Origin: Eukaryota sp. GEM-RC1
Lineage: Eukaryota
Direction: 5' to 3'
Assembly: GCA_040285855.1 (NCBI GenBank)
Contig: JAUFOQ010000002.1
Span: forward strand, 992,001 to 1,056,000
Length of the DNA: 64,000 nt
Within the stretch, counting starts at the first letter, position 1; every line of letters starts with the position of its first letter. Shown one piece after another: positions 47,657 through 58,230 of the stretch. Under the pieces are notes generated by a model. It was not told the DNA's origin, did not search any database, and saw only the letters and a program-made list of their open reading frames with translations. The position numbers and the translations under genes were made by a program.

Positions 47657-47948
47657 CAAACACCACAAGGTGTTTTGGTGGATAGTAAGAGGATTAAGTT
47701 ACTCGAGGCATCACGTGGTCTTTTCTTTTCTGTTTTGTTTATGTTTTCAACACCACAAGGTGTTTTGAATGATACTAAGTTACTCGAGGCATCATTCTTC
47801 TTGTTTGTTCCCTTTGTTTCGTTTATGTTTTCAACACCACAAGGTGTTTTGGATGATACTAAGAGTATTCAGTTACTCGAGGCATCATTCTTCTTGTTTT
47901 TTCCCTTTGTTTTCACCTTCCAAACACCACAAGGTGTTTTGGATGATA
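47657..47948 (+). repeat. Tandem repeat, about 3.3 units of 84-90 bp, each with an AACACC-ACAA-GGTGTT hairpin
   Basis: Hairpin core starts at 47659, 47749, 47833, 47923; TTACTCGAGGCATCA in three units. Confidence 0.9.
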
Positions 47949-47949
47949 A

Positions 47950-48365
47950 TAGGAGAGAGATCCCTGTATGTGACAATAAATGAACAGTCATCACAGTTTG
48001 CTCATGATTTAACCACGGATGCAGACATAGAGTCAAACCCTGGTCCTTTTGTCACTGAGGAAGGAATCAATACATTGAAGCCCTCCGTATGGCTCGATGA
48101 TTCTATTGTTGACTTTTATGGTGATTACATCACCGAGAGCAGCGAGTTATGCCAGTTTTTCCGTATCGGGAATCTTCATGCTGCAGTGAGTTATGGTGAT
48201 TTGGCACATTAGCTGTTGAATTTCTAAATGTTCACAATTCAATGCGAGAGACTGGGAAAAGGTTTTATTTATTCCAATAAACAATGGTGTCTTTCGTGGT
48301 ACAGCAACTCATTGGACTCTACTTGTTTGTGATATTGATAGTACGTCATTTTTCTACATGTACAT
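47950..48365 (+). pseudogene. 2A-like peptide followed by a decayed Ulp1/C48 cysteine protease domain
   Basis: DLTTDADIESNPGP (core 48024-48047), then WLDDSIVDFY and, after stops and a frameshift, LFIPINN..THWTLLVCD. Confidence 0.7.
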
Positions 48366-48564
48366 TTCATGGTTCTTACAAGGAACAACCCAACTGATCA
48401 AAATTAAAGGATGTGTAGATCATATTCAACAACTGAATTGATTGTTTAAATGCGATTTATCAGCTTCTTCAGGATTGTTTGAGACAAGTTTGCACCATTT
48501 CTTCACATATTGTAGACTACATTTAATCAAAGTCGAAAGTAAGGGTATGAGTAAGGGTCCAGAC

Positions 48565-49855
48565 CATACTTGTTGATAACAATAACAGTGTGATAACATG
48601 TGATTGTGATAACATGTTATAACAAACATGAAATATCTTGTGATAACATTGGGTCTTCATAAAGCAAAATTTTACACACTGTATTACTAGTACATCCAAT
48701 AAATGGTTTGTAAAGGTATCGATACATTGTGTCTCCTTTGTTAATATTGATGATGATCTTAATTTGTAATTGTAATTGGAAGACGTTTTTTGTATCAATA
48801 ATTGGTATTTGTGAAGGATCACTTGTTTATTATCGAAACTGTAGTGTTTACAACTAAGGGAGACTGATCACCAAACAACACAAACAATATTACCCAATGA
48901 TCAAAATAAATATTCATTAGGAATCTGTCTTGACGGATCTTGCGCAAACAATCCCGAAAAATTGAAGGAGAAGACAAAAACTGAAGAAGAGTCCGATGCA
49001 TCAATTGGGACTATTTGAAGAGATTGATGTTGAAAAGACAATTGATCCCAAGTAAAACGTATGTGCAGAACATTGGAGGAAAACAGAGTACGGGCTTCAG
49101 TGATCACCCACTGATGAATTGCTAAATGTAGTTTTGTTTTTGTGTGTAGTTTTTTGTGAATTTCTAAAAAAAAGTGCTTAATAGCAGTTTTTTTTTAAAT
49201 TTCGAACACTTTATGGAATAAAAACATTAAAATAAACACAAATACTAGAACTCAATATCATTAAAGCAACAATCATTGCCATTAAAACTCACATCAGCTT
49301 TTTTCTTCATAAAAAACACTGAGAGCCAATAGAGCTTTTGAAATCATGATAGGAATCGTTTTAAATATTGTAAAAACAATACGATTCAACCAAAATTTGA
49401 AATCAAATTTCTTGTTCATTCTTTTTTTAACCACTTCCTCAAAATCGGAAAGAAAACAAAGAGCATCTCTTCCAAGTCGACCATAAATTGAAATTGCAAA
49501 AGGACATAATTTGTACTCAACATGTCTAACATGTTTAAGAGCAGTCAATGGTTCATCATATTTGTTTCTCTTGTATTGTTCTGAAGAATTCAGTGGAGAA
49601 ACTTCATTTTTAGCATCCTTGAATGCACTTTTTTTGCAAACATCCACAGTAATCACATCAACAACGGTTAGTTCATCATTGACTGATGGAACTATGACAT
49701 CAGCTCTTCTTTTACCAAAAGTGTTGGTATTTCAATAACGGTTATAACGAATGCCTTTTGTTATAACACGTGATAGTATGTTATCACATTTTGTTATTGT
49801 GATTCTGTGATAACATGTGATCACAAATGGTAGTTGGTTGTTATCAACAAGTATG
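48565..49855. mobile_element. Non-autonomous hAT element containing an RLE retro fragment
   Basis: TIR CATACTTGTTGATAACAA, TSD GTCCAGAC (48557-48564, 49856-49863), TGATAACA repeats. Confidence 0.88.
49230..49732 (-). mobile_element. RLE non-LTR 3-prime fragment
   Basis: RADVIVP, VVDVITVD, EQYKRNKY, PFAISIYG, WLNRIVF. Confidence 0.8.
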
Positions 49856-49887
49856 GTCCAGACTATTGCTAATTTGCATGATTTGGG

Positions 49888-51166
49888 ATGAGTCGATTTT
49901 CCTCTATGAACTTTTCCTCATTTCTATTTCTGTCACTATTTGCAGTGATATCTGCAAGTTCTACATCTTACTTTCTATACCTCTCTGATCTACATTATGA
50001 CCCTCATTACTTAGAGATTTCGGAAGGTGGTAAAGGAGGAGATTATTGCCGAAAACTACTTCCCCTTCCAGAATCAGCTAGAGCTGTTTATGGGCGTCCT
50101 GACTGTGACCCTCCTTATAAATTAATGGTCTCCGCCTTTGATGCTGCAAAAAAGATCGCTCCTAAACCGCCCTTCATTGTCTTTGGTGGGGATATGGCTG
50201 CTCATTCTTTGCACAGTTCAAAAGAAGTTCTTTCTGTCATCCGTAATGTCACTGAAGAAATAGCCTCCAGATATCCCAATACTCCCATCATTTCCTGCCT
50301 TGGGAACAACGATGTATACCCTCATTATCAGTCCATAAATCTAAAGAAAATTGCGTCAATTTGGGGCCCTTACTTGTACAGTACTAAGTCTGCATCTGAG
50401 TTGTCAAAGGTTGGATTTTACCGGTGGGAAAATGATTCGGTTGTTCCCAATATGGTGTTCCTTGTACTTAACACCAATATCTATTCGACCAAGCATCATC
50501 GAGCGTTTTCATTTTTTGACTCCGACCTGCAGGGGAAAACATCCTGACCCAGATGGTCAGTTTGAGTGGTTAACCAACAACCTCCGCCAGTGCCAAGCTC
50601 AGAATACAAAGGTCATTATCATTGGCCACATTTCTCCAGGACATAATGCTAAAGGGAATATCTTGTGGCAAAAGTTCTTCACTAAGAAGTATATTTCAAT
50701 TCTCAACTCTTATGGAACAACTGTTATTGGTCAATTCTTTGGACATATGCATGCTGACGATTTTAGATTTGTTGGAGATCAGACGTCACCAATCTTTCTA
50801 GGTGGGGCTCTCTCCCCGATTCGATTCAACAATCCTAACTTCAGAGTTGTCTCTTTTGATGAATCTGGTATAGTTGATCTTGAGTCCTGGTATATTGACC
50901 TGTTAGAGTCCAATAGAAGACGTAAAACTGAGTGGAAGAAACAGTATTCTGTTAAGGAAGTCTATGGAATGAAAGATTTGACAACAAAATCCTTGGTCAA
51001 AATGATTAATGATATTGAGAAAAACGATGAGTATTGGAATAGTTTCATCAACTACCGATCTGCTTTATTCTTTCCCAAAAGGTTTGACTTTGTTTGTAAT
51101 ATGCGTGAACTTAAGGATGGCCACTACCATCAATGCTTGAAGGACAATAGCGATATTTACGTTTAA
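49888..51166 (+). CDS. Acid-sphingomyelinase-like metallophosphoesterase (SMPDL3-like), secreted
   Basis: Signal peptide; SDLHYD, GD.AAH, GNND, GH.SPG, FFGHMH.DDFR, NNPNFR; frame break near 50532-50539. Confidence 0.88.
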
Positions 51167-51817
51167 ATTGGGGTTTGTTGATGGTCTTAAGTACGTGTGT
51201 TCGACAGCATTTATCTTAACTTTATCAACACATAGCACATCTTATATAAGATGTACTGATTCAGGATGTTCAACGCTCAAAATGGAGTCACAGAGTCGAT
51301 TTAAATTGTTATAAAACTCTCTATTTCAAATAGTGTGTACTAATGTTTAAGTCCACTCCAAAACAGTCTCTTTTGAATCGATATCACCAACTACTTAGAC
51401 AACGTTGATTGTGTCAGACTCAGAAAGCCATGACATTTTCCATAATTATGATTTGGACCTGAATAGTATTTGAGTGTGGTTGTGAAGTCTATAGAGTAAA
51501 CGACTTCAGTAAGAACCGTAGTAAGTCCTAAAATGATCATTTTTATGAGATCGCTGAAATTTTGGACGCCGTTTTGTTCAGCAGGACGAAAAGGATATCA
51601 TTACATACAACACTGTAAGTTAGGAAATCGTATTTGTATGATCCAAGACCCTAGCTTTTTAGTAACATACAGAGATCTGACCATCTTATATGGCATGATA
51701 TATGCTGACAAATATCAAATGAATCAAATATTACTGAGTTGGAGTTGCATTTAGACAGGTTTGAGACAAAGAAAGACTTTCTTAGAAAGTTCACATTCAT
51801 TTTGATTCTACTCTGTG

Positions 51818-52843
51818 ATGTCATCAGTTTTGGAGGAGAGCAAACCTGCTATTGACTGGAGTCAGCTCAGTTCTGAGTTGAAAGACCGTATTGATCAAAT
51901 GTTGAAGAATGATGTGGTGGAGTTCTATCCCCAAAATATCTCCATTGACACTACTGGGGCTATTGCTATCGCAGAGGCGTTGAAGGTTAATACGTCTGTT
52001 CTTCGTGTTTATCTTGAAGACAACTACATTGGTTCCGAAGGTGCTATTGCACTTGCAGAAGCGTTGAAGGTCAACTCGTCTGTTTATATGATCGTTCTGA
52101 ACAACAACTCTATTGGACCTGAAGGTGCTATTGCAATTACCGAAGCCTTAAAGGTAAATTCTTCTATCTCTTGGCTTTATCTAGGCAACAACTCTATTGG
52201 ACCTGAAGGCGCTATTGCGATCGCCGAAGCTTTAAAGGTTAACTCGTCGATTAGATGGATCTTTCTACCAAACAATGCCATTGGAAACGCAGGTTCTGTA
52301 GCAATTGCACAGGCTTTGAAGGTAAATTCCTCGGTTACTGACATTGGTCTACAAGAAAACGGCATTGAATCTGAAGGTATTAGAGCCATTGCTGAAGCCA
52401 TGGCGGTTACCAAGTCTCTTGAAGGTGTCGGTCTACAAAAAAACGCTGTTACAAACGAAGGTGTGATGGCAATTGCAGATGCTTTAAAAGCTGCTTCGTC
52501 GATTTCTTCGGTACATTTAGGACACAACTCCATTGGAAATGAAGGTGTTAGAGCACTTGCTGAATCTTTGAAGGTTAACTCGTCGGTTTCTGGAATCAAT
52601 TTGGAACACAACTCTGTTGGAAATGAAGGTGCAATAGCAATCGCTGAAGCTTTAAAAGTCAATACTGCAATTGCGAGATTTTATCTAGAAAATAACTCCA
52701 TTGGAAATGAAGGTGCTATTGCAATTGCAGAGGCTTTACGTTTTAATTCTACCGTTGTGGAGATCTTTCTGAGTAACAATGCTATTGATAGCCAAACAGA
52801 ACAGTCGATTAGATCTCTACACCAAAGTAGAGTCAGCTTTTAA
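51818..52843 (+). CDS. LRR-only protein with 28-aa RI/NLRC3-type repeats
   Basis: About 10 repeats of L..NSIG.EGAIAIAEALKVNSS. Confidence 0.9.
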   Translation: MSSVLEESKPAIDWSQLSSELKDRIDQMLKNDVVEFYPQNISIDTTGAIAIAEALKVNTSVLRVYLEDNYIGSEGAIALAEALKVNSSVYMIVLNNNSIGPEGAIAITEALKVNSSISWLYLGNNSIGPEGAIAIAEALKVNSSIRWIFLPNNAIGNAGSVAIAQALKVNSSVTDIGLQENGIESEGIRAIAEAMAVTKSLEGVGLQKNAVTNEGVMAIADALKAASSISSVHLGHNSIGNEGVRALAESLKVNSSVSGINLEHNSVGNEGAIAIAEALKVNTAIARFYLENNSIGNEGAIAIAEALRFNSTVVEIFLSNNAIDSQTEQSIRSLHQSRVSF

Positions 52844-53336
52844 TTTATTGTAGTTATGGTTGAATGAAGGCTTAGCTCAGAAGTACAGTGGCTCCTATTG
52901 AGTCTATTTTCCATTGGAAATTAGAACAAACTGTCTACATGTAATTTGTTCATTGTAACTGTCGAAATTGACTGAAATGATGCGTAAGTAGCTATTATGT
53001 TATAGAGTGATTAGACTTGATTGCTAAACAGGTTTTGAAAGTTGAATACAAGAGCTTGTCAGTGATGGGTCAGATTATATGGATTCTGTCTTTGCATCGA
53101 CAAAAATTGTACAAGGGGATACTCAGAGAATATATACAGTATGTAGATTCTTTATGTACAATTAGTAATTAAGTATTGACGATTATATTTCGATATTGAT
53201 AATTTGACTTCCTCCATTAGTCACTGCAACAAACAAAATACACTCTACAATGTCTGTATTGCCCAGTGATGTATAAAAAATAGCGTACCGAACAATATTT
53301 GCCGTACACTACCGTAAAATACGGCTCTATACTGAG

Positions 53337-53460
53337 TAGGGATGGGCGAACTCCTACTCGACTTCACTCCACTCGTAGAAATTATAGAACTCCAACTCGA
53401 CTTCACTCCAAACAATAAATTTTACAAGTGAACTTCACTTCAACTTCACTTCACATAACG
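53337..53460 (+). mobile_element. Solitary hAT-like terminus
   Basis: TAGGGATGGGCGAACTC start with ACTTCACT subterminal repeats; partner end not found. Confidence 0.45.
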
Positions 53461-53858
53461 GGTTTTGCCCTCATTACAAAAACTTAGTTACATGTGAGAC
53501 ATGTGCTTCCTCATCTTCAGCTACCAAAACCAATACGTTATGAAGAACAATTCGTGTCAGAACTCTCATTTACTCAAAGGAACAGTTCCATTGGCAAAAT
53601 AGAAACCATCTATGTGTGATAAACACAGATAATCTGAACAGAAAAAAAGTAATGTACATAGATTTTAACAAACGAATTCAAGAGAAATCATAGCAACTTA
53701 CGGTGTTAGCCTTAGAGGCTTAAGTTAGCCAAGTCTGACATCATGTAAACGGCAAACCAAGCGTAAAATATCTGATGAAAACTGATTAAACCGTTTAAAG
53801 TTGTTGCCAGTGTTCATAAATACATACAGAAGTTTATAAGAGAAACATTAAACAAAGG

Positions 53859-55695
53859 CTACCGAGTAATGGCGCGGTGCATCCTGAGAGTGAATGTAAG
53901 TCCACCAACCATATTAAAAGATGCGATAGAACCAGCAACGATAGCCAAAATCTTAACAATACCAACATCATTTTCAAGGAACTTCAACGCACCTAGAATA
54001 ACAACTCCAGAAATCCCATTACTCAAACTCAAAAGAAGAGAGTAAAGGTTAGCAGGAATAGAAGAAACAATGATAAACCCGACAACAGATGTCAATGAAA
54101 AGTAACAAATCAATTCAAGAGTTGGGTGAGTTTTAGGAATCCAAGTGATTAGAAAAGAAAAACCCAATACCAAAAGAAAGTAGAAGTATGATGATTTAGT
54201 ACCATGACCAATCCCACATGCAGTGGTTTTTGTTTCCACTTCTTCAATCTCTTTGTCTGCAACTGACTTTGACTCCTCAATGCCAGCATCATTAGTGACT
54301 TCAGGTAATTTAGTAACAGTGTCTTTTTCAGAGAATTTGGGAGTATCGAATAAGATTGATCTCACAGAACAAAGACAATCATGAGCATCACCCAATACAA
54401 TTCTACAGTTATCCTTGAACAATAAAGTGAGAGGTTCACCAGAAAATCCAGAGTCGAGTCTCTTTGAACGTTTCAAAACAAAAGTCTTTTTACAACGATA
54501 GATTGGACAAATGGGCATCCCTGCAATGTTGGAGTCTTTTGATTCTTCAGCAATGGGATTGATTGTATCAGCGCAACCAACGGCAATAGCAACATCATAG
54601 CTCTCAATTGACCCTTGAGCTCATCCAAATCAAAGATGAGCTCATAGGGGATTCCGTTTTGGGCAAGTATAACTGCCAGATCACCAGGCATACGACCAGC
54701 CACGGGATGAACACAGAAGTGTACAACAATACCACGACTTTGTAAGTTCTTCATGATTTCAGCAACGATTGGACCTAGTCCAAATCCAGGTACAAACAAC
54801 ACTTTCTTGGCATTGAGACAAGCGTCAACTAGACCTCGAGGGGAATCTTGTTGTACTAGATCACGATCATAATTGTGGTGCCGATACTTCATTTTGAATG
54901 CAAAAATCAGCTCAAATATTGAACGATTCATTGCAACTGACATAGATCGACTCAAAATCAATCCAGAACAACCCACAAGGATGCCTACAATGACCAAGAT
55001 ATTGTAGCCAGTTAGTATACCACAGAACGCTACGCTAACGCCTGAGAGGGATTTCAGTACAGTAATGAGTACTGAAAGCGTGGCACCACCACATGCTAGA
55101 CCCTAAAGTAAGATAACCAAGTAGATCTGGACACACCGTGACCAAACCGATGACTAAGGCAAGTCCAGCAATTGATAGAAGACAAATGAGGGTATGGCCT
55201 TCAGTATATTCACAACATACCAGAACAGAAAGAGCAACGATTACCAAAAGTAGTGTAAGAGAAATTGCCTTTGAGAGAAACGATGGTAATCGATGAAACC
55301 ACAGTTGAAGCTTCAGAGCACAAATGATACCACACGAGAACGTGACTGTACCAAAGACTACAGACAAGATGACAAGTAGAATCCCAAGTGAAGTAGTTTC
55401 GTTTGTCAAAAACCAGGAAAATGAAATAAGAGTACAAGCTAGCCCTGTTAAACCGTTATAAACACTGACTAGCTGAGGAAGGTGTTGAAAAGACATCAAT
55501 CCGCTTATAAGAAAAGATAACAAAACAGGTATTCCGGAGATCATCAGAGAAGACCTATTTAGATGGGATGATTCACAGGCGATGGATAAGAACTGAAATA
55601 AGAGAAGGTGTCGCGTACAATACCAGTGCCAATCCAGCAGAAGGAACAACGTATTTAGTTCTCTGATGAAAGACTGTAAGTGAAATCCATACCAT
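53859..55695 (-). pseudogene. NAD(P) transhydrogenase-like copy 3: mosaic, N-terminus replaced, 15-nt deletion in domain III
   Basis: Homology to copy 2 stops at 55666; introns 55593-55623 and 55103-55136; AQAKG deleted at about 54776; 1-nt deletion at about 54606. Confidence 0.75.
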
Positions 55696-56605
55696 TTTCG
55701 ACAGTATCGGAAGTGAGCACAAATGTGGACATTCGGCCTTGATTGTGAAGAGTTGCGTTGGAGTAGAAGCAATAACTCAATCCAACAAAGAGAAGAAGAA
55801 TCGGTATCATGAAGCGTGACAACAATGAAGTGTAAAGAAAAAGTGATCCACATAGTACGCCATTAGTTTGGTTTCGAGACGGTTCTGGAGTTTGATTTCT
55901 ACATCTAAGCTCAAGATTCTAAAGTCTTTCAGACTTTCAAGATTGTTTAGGGTGATGACAATATCGGGAATGTGTACTAATAGCTCCACCAAATTTCTGC
56001 ATTTTAAGATCGCGAGGTATTCTCACTGACGGTTGCTGTTTGAAACTGTCTGTTGGAGTTTGATTTTGCGTAATCCATCATTAAAGAAAAGTAAACATTC
56101 TGAAAAGTAATCCATCAATTACGAGCAATTGGCAGCTTTTCACATTGGAACACATCCAACAGAATAACCGCAATTAGTAGTCTGACCTTAAGTAAATTTA
56201 TCAAACTTTATTCAACGAAAATTTTCATCCAATTTGATGCCGTTTTATTTGAAGTGATGAGATAGTTCTCGGGTTTATGGAATCAACACAAATTAGGGAA
56301 CAAATTATTAGAATACATATTTAAACAGGCTACTTACTGGGAGACTCACAGAATTGAGAAATAGATAAAGCGCAGAAAAAAATCGAGTAAGTACTACTGT
56401 AGTAGTTTCAGAAAGAGAGATCAATTTTGGGTTCATTTTTTCTTGTAGATTTACCTGCATTTTAAGCACACCCGTGTCGAATTTACAATTTCGAGCAGGA
56501 CATGCTGGTATTGGCAACAGTGTTTTGCAGTATTATTGCTCACGTTCTTTTGGACCCAAATCTACAATTGCAATAACTAGTTAGACATCCTATAATAGAA
56601 GATAG

Positions 56606-57247
56606 ATAGAGATGGAAATCGTCGATTTACCTACCAGGACCCTTCTAATGTGCATCATGGATCGTTTGCTTACTTATTTTACTAACTCTAGATATGGTTT
56701 CTATGTCTGGGATCAACGGGGTGCTTATTTTGATGACATTCTTATTAATACTAGAAGTATTGCTGCTGACCGTCCTATTTTGTCAGAACCTACTCTATGG
56801 TCTGATAACGACAAGAATAACAAGTTTTGCTGGGTAAAGTTCTATGTTCACCGCTATCTCAATGAAAACGATTATGTTGCTCACGAAGTAGATACTTCTC
56901 AATTTCCTCCTTATTCAGGCTGTGCCAATCTCAATAGTCCAATCACGTGTACTAGCAGTTGGATTACCTTTGATTCTAACCCAAAACCAGATCTTCTTGT
57001 TCATTGTGTTGTTGGAAATTCTGTTCAGTACAGAGTTGGCTTAAATTGGGATGTTAATGGTCCTTCCTGTTGGCAAGTTGTAGAAGAAGGTGATATGATT
57101 GTAGGAATGAATGGGAAAGCTGCTTTTGTTTCAATTGGTTTCGGTGGATATTCCCCTGTTGCCCAAAGTGGTGTTCAAGTAGCACCAATGATGGTTGTCA
57201 CTGAAGTCAATGGAGCATTGCGTTATAGGCATATGTTTAGAATGTAA
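56606..57247 (+). CDS. Hypothetical beta-rich protein, 5-prime exons unresolved
   Basis: 28-nt intron 56664-56691 (GTTTGC...ACTAACTCTAG) gives FTYQDPSNVHHGSYGFYVWDQRGAYFDDILI; ORF continues to 57247. Confidence 0.55.
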   Translation: MEMEIVDLPTRTLLMCIMDRLLTYFTNSRYGFYVWDQRGAYFDDILINTRSIAADRPILSEPTLWSDNDKNNKFCWVKFYVHRYLNENDYVAHEVDTSQFPPYSGCANLNSPITCTSSWITFDSNPKPDLLVHCVVGNSVQYRVGLNWDVNGPSCWQVVEEGDMIVGMNGKAAFVSIGFGGYSPVAQSGVQVAPMMVVTEVNGALRYRHMFRM

Positions 57248-57488
57248 ATTTGTATTATTTTGAAAATAGTTGTACACTTGTTCATTTTACTATGTGTTCA
57301 AAGCAGCCAGTTTGCGCAAAGAAACCTTAATCGTGTACATGTAGTTGTATGTCTGTCCTCAGTCGCAGTATGACTTCAGGCATTTATCTACACCGACGAC
57401 AATAATTAGTCTCACTGAGACTAAATACGAAGTGAGACTATACGTGGTAGAGGACAATTAGTCTCACAACAATATTCTTACCAATATA

Positions 57489-57593
57489 CTCTAAAACATC
57501 TAATACAACGCCACCCCCAAACCCCAAAAAATTAGGGGGTGGCGCTCTATTAGATGTGGATTTGGGGGTGGCGTTGTATTAGATGTTTTAGAG
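57489..57593. mobile_element. 105-bp hairpin MITE
   Basis: 33-bp perfect inverted repeat CTCTAAAACATCTAATACAACGCCACCCCCAAA. Confidence 0.85.
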
Positions 57594-57597
57594 CATA

Positions 57598-58230
57598 CCT
57601 GAAAAATACATTCTTATTGTATTTTTTGTATTCTGTGTTTTCTGTATTTTTTGTATTGTATCAGATCGTCTCGTGTATTGTGTTTTTTGTATTTTTTCTA
57701 AGTGGTACATTTTTGGTACCGCTACTGAAAGAGTGCTATCTTGTAGTGTCAATGTTGCTATTTGATTCAACTTACAATAAGCTACATCTATTTGGTGTCT
57801 CAATAACAATGTCAAAAACATGAAACGAAGACGTCATTTTAATCTATTGTTGCAAATAAAGTACAATTAAAAATTTTTATCTCAAAGCTAAATGTAAAAG
57901 ACAAAAGAACACAAATGTTTACCTTCAAGTTTCTCTACTATCAGGTAACTTCATATCCTCCCTTGATTACTTACTTTTAGAACGTACTTTTCTTTATTTC
58001 CAGGAGTTTCCAGAAATAACGGAGTTTTGCATTATCCAGAAGCTGGGAGGGTTGGTATCAAATGTTGTGTCAAAGAAGAAGAATGTTGGGTGTACACTAC
58101 TATACTTGCCAGTAGCATTGTCGTCATTTTGATTCGAAATTGCCACGTCATTGTATCTGTATTTCTTTGTATTTTTTGTTGTATTGTATTTTTTGTATTG
58201 TATCAGATCAAAGTGGTTGTATTTTTCAGG
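57598..58230. mobile_element. TA-flanked MITE
   Basis: TIR CCTGAAAAATACA/TGTATTTTTCAGG with TA on both sides; internal direct repeat TGTATTTTTTGTATTGTATCAGATC. Confidence 0.75.

Noticed and set aside
47657..47948. CRISPR-like look: palindromic repeats at regular spacing
   Set aside because: Intervening sequences are homologous to one another, there are no cas genes, and the context is eukaryotic; it is a tandem repeat.
52177..52662. 161-aa antisense repeat ORF, and an NLR interpretation of the LRR gene
   Set aside because: The antisense ORF mirrors the LRR repeats; the sense gene has no NACHT or other nucleotide-binding domain.
12040..52843. Alternative genetic code
   Set aside because: Long conserved ORFs are open in the standard code, and TAA, TAG and TGA all appear as plausible terminators.
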